A stretch of DNA of 64,000 nucleotides from Octopus vulgaris (taxonomy: Eukaryota): the NCBI GenBank assembly GCA_951406725.2, contig OX597826.1, positions 43,896,001 to 43,960,000 on the forward strand, written 5' to 3'. The first letter of the stretch is position 1, and each line of letters starts with the position of its first letter. Below are positions 54,581-64,000 of the stretch, piece by piece. A model generated the notes under the pieces. That model was not told where the DNA came from. It searched no databases and saw only the letters and a list, made by a program, of their open reading frames with translations. Both the position numbers and the translations under genes were made by a program.

Positions 54581-54976
54581 ACTAGCAGTATCACCCGGCG
54601 TTGCTAGGGTTTGTTTCGACCCTTTAGAATTGGAATTTTTGAAAAGTAAAAGTTTTGCATTATGTTGCTTGTTATTCTCTTTAAGTGAACATTTTTCTGG
54701 TTGAAATACACCGAAAAATGGCGTCATAGCAGAGAAAAAATCGTAAAAAATCGGGATTTTCATAGAAAGAAAGCACCTTTTTTTATGTAAATAAATTTTG
54801 GTGTTAACATGGTCCGATTTGAATTTTTTCTTCTACGGAAGCAAGAGCAAGCCTTCTTCTATCATACCATTAATTTTGGTCAACTAGCGCCGCAGGGTCT
54901 CAGAGGAGATAGTGTTAGTTGAAAGCTACCAAACCTGCCACACACACACAAACCTTCAGCTTTATATATATATAGA
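54581..54976 (-). mobile_element. non-autonomous Helitron, related termini and different interior
   Basis: Shares ACTAGCAGTATCACCCGGCGTTGCT.GGGTTTG end and TTTATATAT..AGA end with 50214-50493. Confidence 0.8.
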
Positions 54977-55716
54977 TTTGCAGTATATTTTACTTAACGT
55001 TTTACTTTTTACTTGTTTCAGCCACTGGACTGCGGTCAAGCTGGGGCATCGCTTTGAAAAAGTGAAACAGTTTACAATTGTTTATTCTCTTATGTCACAG
55101 GAGGCGCCTTCTTACCAAAGACAAGCAAAATGATCATGGAATTGAATTCAAGCACGGGCGAAGGAGAGAGAGGGCTTGTGATTATGACTTTCTCAATCTG
55201 CAATAAATAGTAACCAAATGTATCTCAAATTGCTCCTTATCATCTTGGTGGTCCTTTGTTCTTTGTACGTATATAAAAGCGAGGATGGTCACAACTGGAA
55301 TACAGGTGGGTATAAGTCAAGTCTGCTTCATCAGGACTGAAATGGAACTAAACAACAACAACAACAACAGCGGTACCACTAGTAACGGCAACGCCACCGG
55401 CATCACCACCAGCAACATCATCAACAGCAACAACAATAATAATAATAATAACAACAACGACAACAACAACGAACATAATTTTAAATGGTGTTCTCATAGA
55501 GTGACGCGTCTCAATATAGCTAACATGCATATTTTAATTGCAAGACGAGTAGATTTGATATTCCGTGTGATTAGGTTATTGTTTAACTCACCGATACATT
55601 CACGGGTCTCTCTATATAAATACACACACACATAAATACATACATACATACATACATACATACATACATACATACATACATACATTCATACATACATTCA
55701 TGCATACATACATACA

Positions 55717-55768
<52 letters not shown>

Positions 55769-55801
55769 CATATACATATATATCTATATCTATATATATC
55801 T

Positions 55802-55832
<31 letters not shown>

Positions 55833-55849
55833 CATATATATCTATATCT

Positions 55850-55905
<56 letters not shown>

Positions 55906-55960
55906 AAAAAATGAAGTTCGAAAATGCTGCTGTATTATACAATTTTTAATTTTTATATAT

Positions 55961-56001
55961 ACATTATAACATGTTTCAGTTCCTGAAATGAACCTTATCA
56001 A
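55961..56001 (-). ncRNA. minimal hammerhead motif with U3-A8 core
   Basis: Minus strand TTGATAA-GGTTC(ATTTCAG)GAACT-GAAA-CATG-TT; palindromic ACATGT; stem I weak. Confidence 0.55.
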
Positions 56002-56883
56002 AAAAAGATATATATAAAAAGAGACAGCTCATGCCGTCAAACACAAGAAATTCATTTATAATACACAACGGAGTCAGACATCTTAGAGTTCATGTATAGT
56101 TGATATATAGTTCATGTATAGTTGATATATAGTTTGAAGTATATTTCAAAGTGTTCGATGCAGTGGCCCACGGTGGCGATACGTATTCAATACAAAAAAC
56201 AGATCAAAGTGGTGGAAAGCGGTCAATACAGAAGATTGATGTTTCCGAAAGAGCGAGGAATTAATTTTTACCTTAAGCAATTGTGATGACCCATGGTGGA
56301 AGTTCGCTGGGTGGTTCTAGTGATTTTTTGTGAAATGCTTGGTTTTATAATGCCTGTTAGGTGGTCAATCTAGCGTAGCGTGACGTCATCAATGTTTTGA
56401 CCAATCGTTTCGTTAGTTGGCTTTAATCAAGTGGAACGGGACGTCATCATTATTTTGACCAATCGGTGCATTATAACTCCCTCTTGTTTGTTTCCTGTCT
56501 TGACCAGTCGCTTCGTTAGTCAAGCATAGCGGGATGTCATTCAGATTCTGCCCAATCACGACTTATAGCTACATTAGATCTGTCCCCTGTCTGTACTTGT
56601 TAGGTGACTATTCAAGCAGAAAAGGACGTCATCAATATTCTGACTAATGACTGTCCCCTGTTTGTATCCTGTCCATTCTAGCAGAGCTAGACGTCATCAA
56701 CTTGTTGACCAATCAGAATCGGGTCTGACCCTTAGCTGTATCGTATGTATCAGGGTCAGATTTGCACGAAAGAATTTTTTTCCCTTTTTTTACTAAGGCA
56801 TATTTCCGTCAGAGTGAGTGTCTGTTTGAAGTAGCGGTCGTGGTGAAATTTGGTTCTCCTTTTCGGAGGACTTATCTTTTGTT

Positions 56884-57810
56884 TTAGTATTCCTGGCCCA
56901 GGGTGTTTAAACTTGGTCTAAATTTTTTTATGAAATATAGTTCTTTATTTTGGCGTTGTGTGAAGGTTGCGTTGTCACTGAATTTATAGAGCGGGTTAGT
57001 TGTAAATTTCGGATTTACATTTCCAGCACATCTATCTATGTGTCCGCTGACCGGTATTTTGCGGTAATCAGGGTTTCTAATTTGTGATTTATGCACCGCC
57101 ATCCTGTTACGTAAGCTATTTTTTGTATGGCCTATATACTGCCTATTGCAGCCTGCGCATGTTATGACGTAAATTAAGTTTTCTGATGCGCAGGTGAAGT
57201 TTGTTCTAATGGTGAACTGGTGGCCTTGTTCCAGTATAAATTCTGATCCTTCTTTCAAGATGACACAGATTCCGCAGTTGGGCCTTCCACATTTTCTAAC
57301 TGCTGGTTTTGTGGTTGATGTTGAGTGCAGTGTAGCTTGGGTTAAAATCCTTTTCAAGGATTTTGGTTGCCGTTTACTTTTAATGATCGTGTGTGTTTCG
57401 AGGATCCGGTTCATCTTTGGGTCTCCCTTTAGTAGGGCTGTGCTTTGTAGTATGGTGTTGAAGGCCTCATTGTTGAGTGGGTTGTGTGTAGAGATGTAGG
57501 GAAGGGTTTTTAATTGTTCTTTCTTTTTTGGTTTTGTTTGTCTCAGGTCTTCTATACTTAATTTAAGTACCCGTTGGATTGCACTGTCTATTAGGGGCTG
57601 TGGATAGTTTCTATTTGTGAGTGTGGTTCTAAGTTCCTGGAGACGTGTGTGTCGGGTGTTTGTGTCTGATATTATGGTGCAAATCCTTCTAGCTAAACAA
57701 AAAGGGACATTCATTCTAGTGTGTCGTGGGTGGCATGAATCAAAGGGTAGGTACTGTTTAGAGTCTGTCGGTTTATAGTAGATATCTGTCTCTATTTTGT
57801 TGCCGGTTAT

Positions 57811-57813
<3 letters not shown>
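56884..57813 (-). CDS. Penelope-like RT C-terminus plus Cys-rich linker plus GIY-YIG endonuclease (partial)
   Basis: TDIYYKPTDSKQYL..SCHP, CGRPNCGIC, NLIYVITCAGCNRQYIGHT..LRNRMAVH, ELYFIKKFRPSLN; the listed N-terminal 22 aa are microsatellite. Confidence 0.93.
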
Positions 57814-57850
<37 letters not shown>

Positions 57851-58421
57851 CATGCATTTATATATGCATTCACACACACAAGTGTATGTGTGTTTGTGTG
57901 CGAAAACGTATATATATCTTCTCTTGTTGATTTGGCATAACTATATGGAAGAATCTATAGCTGCTAGTTGGCTGCGTATCATTAGATACGTATTGTGAAG
58001 ACAACATCGACTACAGAGGAATTAAGCAGAACCTGGGAAATTTTTCAAAAAATAATGAGGCAATCACTATACCCTTTAATTACCTGTTTATTAATCCATC
58101 TGCTGATTTCCTTCCGGATAACATCCTGCTGTTCTTGTTTTACCGCCTTGACATCCAACTATGACAGTAATTACAAATAATTGGTTGTATTACCTTAATC
58201 AGCAAAACTGCACGATTCATTTTGTTAGTTATCGATTGCCTCTTCTCTAAAACCATAATGATACATAGCAACAGATATTGCTGCCAAGAACAACTCGATT
58301 CTAAACATCGCACACAAACAAGCGCGCGTAGTATTTTCTCTTGCTTAAGAAATATAGCTGTATCTTATTTAAATGACGTACGCCTATTTACTTCTTAAAT
58401 ACTGCACCTCAGATTACACAA

Positions 58422-58453
<32 letters not shown>

Positions 58454-58879
58454 ACCAACAAATACTCACACACCTACGCATGTGCATACATACGCATGCC
58501 CACAAACTAAAAAAAAAACAAAAACATTTGTTTATTCTAATAAACATATGTGCATATGTAATGCCTGCGAATGTTAAAATAATTAATCAAATAGCTATTG
58601 AAGAGTTTACTGGAGAATATTTGCGTATATAATTTATAATTACATCGGGATTTACATGTAAAATGAGCAAACTCGTTTATGATATTGTTTACAAGAATTA
58701 TGCAGTTATATGTACATACATACATACATGCATACATACATACATACATACATACATACATACATACATACATACATACATACATACATACATACATACA
58801 TACATACATACATACATACATACATACATACGTGCAATACAGACACACGTATATTTCATAGACACTAATATACATGCGT

Positions 58880-59128
58880 GTGGAGGTGCGTGGCTTAGTG
58901 GTTAAAATCTTGAACTCATGATCGTAAGGTTGTGGTTTCGATTCCTGGACCGGGCGATGTTTTGTGTTCTTGAGCAAAACACTTCATTTTCACGATGCTC
59001 CTGTTCACCCAGCTGCCAAAAATGAGTAATCCTGCGACGGACCGGTGTCCCGCCAAGGGGGCGAATTTCTACGCCACTGAAACCAGGAAACCGGCCCTTA
59101 TGAGCCTGAAATGGCTCGAGAAGGAACA
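58880..59128 (+). mobile_element. family C-type SINE
   Basis: Colinear with 32914-33158. Confidence 0.85.
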
Positions 59129-59172
59129 TTTTATTTTTTATTTAATATACATGCATATATACATACACATAT

Positions 59173-59402
59173 ATATTTCTTTACTACCCACAAGGGCTAA
59201 ACACAGAGGGGACAAACAAGAACAGACAGACGGATTAAGTCGATTACATCCGGCCCCAGTGCGTAACTGGTACTTAATTTATCGACCCCGAAAGGATGAA
59301 AGGCAAAGTAGACCTCGGCGGAATTTGAACTCAGAACGTAGCGGCAGACGAAATACGGCTACGCTTTTTCCCGGCGTGCTAACGTTTCTTCCAGCTCGCC
59401 AC
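59173..59402 (-). mobile_element. family B SINE
   Basis: Reverse of 30912-31141. Confidence 0.9.
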
Positions 59403-59636
59403 CTTATATACATACACATATAAACATGCACATGTAAAAATATGAATACAAACACACATACAGGTTTATAATTACATACACACATACATATATGCATACA
59501 AGAAGTGCATGCTGTATTTACAGCTGGTGGGTTAGACCTGAAAGTGTTTCGATTGTATTTGTCGCTGAGTGGGTGGTTATTCAGGGTATGTGTGTGAGCG
59601 TGTCTGTATGTGTATCTTTTATTCTTTTTCTTTTAT

Positions 59637-60048
59637 TCTTTTACTTGTTTCAGTCATTTGACTGCGGCCATGCTGGAGCACCGCCTTTAGCCGTGCAAAT
59701 CGACCCCAGGACTTATTCTTTGTAAGCTTAGTACTTACTTTATCGTCGTCTTTTGCCGAACCGCTAATTTACGGGGACGTCAACACACCAGCATCGGTTG
59801 TCAAGCGATGTTGGGGGGGTGGACAAACACAGACACACAAACATATACACACACGTACATATATATATATATATATACATATATATGACGGGCTTCTTTC
59901 AGTTTCCGTCTACCAAATCCACTCACAAGGCTTTTGGTCGGCTCGAAGCTGTAGTAGAAGACACTTGCCCAAGGTGCCACGCAGTGGGACTGAACCCGGA
60001 ACCATGTGGTTGGTAAACAAGCTACTTACCACACAGCCACTCCTACGC
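59637..60048 (-). mobile_element. family A SINE (full length)
   Basis: Reverse complement of 33349-33770. Confidence 0.92.
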
Positions 60049-61016
60049 ATATATGGGAGTTTTTAATCTTATTACTCTTTTCTTCTTCTCTGGTAATGTA
60101 TTCGTATACGCATAGTAGTTTGAGCCGTTTAGAAGGGCATGCGTATCAGTTTGGAAGCTTGATTGAACAACAGATATTTCTAATTTCATCATATAAGTTT
60201 AGAGCAAGATAAATATAGGATATATCTCAGAATGGTGAAAACCCATATTATAATCAAATATAAAGCAAAACTGTTTCCAAAAGTGATATTTGCAAAAAAA
60301 GGCACACATAGACGCGCGCGCGCGAGCGTGGATATCCATATGCATACATTACGACAAAATATAAACCAAATAAATAGCAAAATATACAAACTTCTCAGGA
60401 ATCATAGCCACTCATAATCGCTCATACAATATGAACACCGCTAAGCCACACGATATCTCAAGCTTTCATAACTACGAGAAATCCCAGGCTTGTATGAAAC
60501 CGTTGGTTATGAAGTTTATCTCTGTCGCTACTCCTTATAATACGCATATGCTCTTGTGCTGTTTGGCACTTCCTATCAGTTACTGCAAATCACTCTAATG
60601 GGTAACTTTATGCTTTGAACCAGCGTTCCTTTCAAGGTTCATGTTAACCTGACAGCCTAGCTAGTGGGGTGGTATCAATCAAAAGCTAAAACAATGCAAA
60701 GAAACGCATTGTGAACAGCGGTGTATAACAGCATCCAATAGTCAATTATTCGATACAGTTATGCAGTGACACACACTCACACATTTGCATATATATATAT
60801 AATCAAAATAAGCAACAAGAACGACTCCGGTAATTTGGCACGATCGTTTTGTACTACATCATTTTATTAAATATTGTAAGTATTGCAACAGTTTTAAAAT
60901 GCTGAGCACTCATCAGCCAGTTATAGAGGTTTTCAATTAATACAAACATTTTCATATCAAGTGGCAACATTATAGAGAAGGTAGATACATAGACAGAGAT
61001 GTTGATTTAAATTTTA

Positions 61017-61076
<60 letters not shown>

Positions 61077-61463
61077 GTGTGTATAAGAGCGCTGCAGTTC
61101 GTTTGAAGTGTTGTAATATCGAAGAATGTAAAAAAAGAGAAACTAGAAAGCTTCTGATAATGCGGAGAGTTTTTAAAAACATATATATTTCAGGCGCAGA
61201 GACCCATTCTCAGAAGATAAACAGTCTGACCGACGTTTAGAGAGTGACTGCTGCTGCTACATAACACTAGAGGATTTGAATGGGTTAAATGAACGACAAC
61301 ATAACTGGACATTTCCCAAACTATTTTTCTTCTGAAGATGGGCCTTTGCCTCTAAAATATACGGGTTTTATAAAACTTACCGCATTGTTAGGTTTCTATT
61401 TTCTCTTTTTTTTTTTATCTTCTCCGATGCATACAAACATACACACACACACACACAGACACA

Positions 61464-62711
61464 TATTAGGTTGTTTTACATGAAATGTCGTATTTGAAAG
61501 GTAACAATAAAATGTTTCATAAGTGTTAGAGAACTGATTTATTTAATCAGAGTATGATCCATGTTCATTGATGACGTTTACCCAACGTTTCTCTATGTCA
61601 TATATTTCACCTGCAGCAAAACAATTCATCTTTTGCTGTGATAAACTTTCCGAATGCTTCAATTACCTCTTCTCTATTTAAGAATGTTTTATTGCTTATG
61701 AAAAGCTCAAAATGCTTAAATAAGTAATGATCAGAAGGAGAGATATCAGGGGAATAGGGAAAATGTTGCAAAATCTCATAATTCAGGTTTGCAACTTTTG
61801 GACAGTAGCTTGCGGAGTGTCTGGGCGTGCATTGTCGTGGAGAAAAATTGGGTCATCTCTATTCACTAGTCTGGGTTGCTTCTTTTTCAAATTCTGATGC
61901 ATACAATTCATTTCCTGGTTATACGATGTTGCTGTTACCGTTTTTCCTTGTTGCAAAAATGAAAAATGAATAACTCCCTTCGCAAACCACCATATAGTGA
62001 CCACTAACTTTTTAGGGTGCAATGGTGGGTTTGGGTAGTATTTAGGTGGCTCTCCTGCATCTAGTCACTGTCCTGTTCTCCTGCTGTTGTCAAAGAGTAT
62101 CCATTTCTCATCACAAGTAATGATTTGATGCAAAAATGGCCTTTTCCCAGTCGGGAAAGCAATAAGGAGCACACTCCGAGGCATCCGTTTTTTAAATCTC
62201 GTTCGGTCGATGTGGAAGAAACTTATCCGTTTTCTTAACTTTTCCAATTTTTTACAGGTGTCCAAAACCAGTTGTGCGAGATGTTTGGAGTTCTGATGAA
62301 AGTTTTCGAACCTTTGTTCTCGGATTTTGTTCAACCAAAGCATTTAATCCATCATGCCGATTAAATGATTTTGGCCTACTCCTTGGTTTATTGACAAGGC
62401 TATCATCTCCTGAACGAGAGCTTTGAAACCATCTCTGAACAGTTCTGATGTCAACAAAGCCATTACCAAAGGCCCGCTTGATATTCTGTAGAGCTTCTGG
62501 GACAGTGTGACCCAGTTTGTACTTATACGAGAAAATCACTCGACATAGTTTGGTTATTATCATTTTTCATAAGGTCTGTGGGTACGAATTTTGTATACCA
62601 ATATTGTTGGGAAAGATAAAGAGTCAAGATTAAATGCAAGGTATACATAATTGCATTTTTAAATGACTGAAGTAATTAAAATTACTACATTTCATGTGAA
62701 ACAACCTAATA
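61464..62711 (-). mobile_element. full-length mariner transposon, frameshifted DD34D-type transposase (about 61543-62570)
   Basis: TIRs TA|TTAGGTTGTTTTACATGAAATGT and ACATTTCATGTGAAACAACCTAA|TA; motifs RTVQRWFQ, IITCDEKWILFDN, FLHDNARP, YSPDISPSDHYLF. Confidence 0.95.
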
Positions 62712-62848
62712 TATATGTACGTACGTATGTATGTATGTATGTATAAATGTATGTATATAAGTGAAATATAAGTATATATTTAAAAGTCAAAACAATGCAA
62801 GTTTTAAATATTAAATAGTACAGGTCGATGGTTATACTGTTACCAGGT

Positions 62849-62888
62849 ATTTCAATATTTCAGGGTTAGAGCCCTTTCTTCAGGAAAT
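62849..62888 (-). ncRNA. minimal type I hammerhead ribozyme
   Basis: Minus strand ATTTC-CTGAAGA-A-AGGG(CTCTAA)CCCT-GAAA-TA-TT-GAAAT; palindromic AATATT. Confidence 0.75.
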
Positions 62889-62962
62889 TCACGGAGAAAA
62901 AGTATTGTTATCTATCAACCAAGTAACAATACTAACCGTCGACCTGTGTTATTTTATTTATT

Positions 62963-63269
62963 TATGCACCCTTTTCAAGCCTAGCCTGGCTCATGGGCCC
63001 GGTTTCCCGGTTTCTATGGCGTATGTGTTCCCCACCATCTGGACGGTACGCCAGTCCATCGCAGCGTTACTCAAGAAACAGGAAGAAAGAGTGAGAGAAA
63101 GTTGGGGCGAAAGAGTACAACAGGGGTCACCACCACCCTCTGCCGGATCGTCGTGGAGCTTTAGGTGTTTTCACTCAATAAACACATACAACACCCGCTC
63201 TGGAAATCGAAACCGCGATCCTCCGACCGGGAGTCCACTGCCCTAACCACTAGGCCATTGCACCTCCAC
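62963..63269 (-). mobile_element. family C-type SINE
   Basis: Head like 37944, tail like 33100-33158. Confidence 0.85.
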
Positions 63270-63664
63270 GACCTGTGTTATTATTTGAAAAAAAGAATTA
63301 TGCATTTATATATATCAGAGTTACATATATGTATGTATACGTATTTGCAACTTTGCTTTTTGCTATCGCACAATTGTGTAAATTTATGTGAATGAAATTT
63401 TGAATGGATGTTCTCTGCTGCAACTTGGTATCCAAAACAAGTATATTTCTTTTCATTCCGCTTTGAATTTGTTTAGCAAGTGACTTCATCTTAGACAATC
63501 TGTTGAAGTTTAAAGATTTACATCATACAAAACTCAATTTAGCTACTTCAGAAAAACACAAAATCTTGTTAGATTCACTTGAAGTTTTAATGCTAGTAGC
63601 ATTAATATTTGGTGCATCGTCTCGAAAAATTTCAGTTGAAAGAATCGGCTTGAATACTTAATTT

Positions 63665-63885
63665 TCAAGCCTGATTCCTATTCTATCGACCGTTTTTGGC
63701 GAACCGCTCGGTATATTTATATATATATACGACGGTATACTTTCAGTTTCTGTCTACCACATCCACTGAAGAATATTTGGTTGGTCTGAGGCTATGGTAG
63801 AAGACACTAACCCAAGGCAACACGCAGTAGGACTGAACCCGGATCCATGTGTTTGCAAAGCAAACTTCTTACCACCAGCCACGCT
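63665..63885 (-). mobile_element. degenerate family A SINE
   Basis: Reverse similarity to head and body of family A. Confidence 0.75.
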
Positions 63886-64000
63886 CTTCATAATGTTAAT
63901 ATATTAACATAATATTTGGTTCAGTACAGTTTTCTGGGTCGAGTAAGATTTTTCCCTGTAAAGCTTCCTTCTGTATTAAAAAGTAAACATACATAAAAGG

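Larger units (their letters stand above)
55901..57813 (-). mobile_element. 5'-truncated Penelope-like retroelement, probably Neptune group
   Basis: Open RT-thumb/GIY-YIG frame, about 1-kb 3' region with hammerhead motif, both ends in (TA)n. Confidence 0.92.

Noticed and set aside
57194-57499. 101-aa plus-strand ORF
   Set aside because: Antisense shadow of the Penelope ORF

Overview
Eukaryotic, AT-rich, repeat-saturated DNA that looks like a large intron or intergenic stretch of an octopus genome. That attribution is an inference from the very high density of (TA)n, (TACA)n, (TATC)n and (AAT)n microsatellites and from three tRNA-derived SINE families. Nearly all ORFs in the supplied track are microsatellite or SINE artefacts. 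Recognisable coding remnants are all transposon-derived: a 5'-truncated Penelope-like element (RT C-terminus plus GIY-YIG, 56884-57813, minus), four mariner remnants, a CR1 3' end, an RTE-like 3' end, two restriction-like-endonuclease LINE fragments and two non-autonomous Helitrons. No host gene could be identified; a few small candidate exons are listed at low confidence. The most interesting signal is about a dozen small type I hammerhead-ribozyme motifs in short Penelope-like modules next to (TA)n tracts. They have palindromic stem III sequences and vary in the catalytic core: C3-G8, G3-C8 and U3-A8 pairs, U4C, A6U, and an extra base before stem II. Several sit in inverted or tandem duplications.
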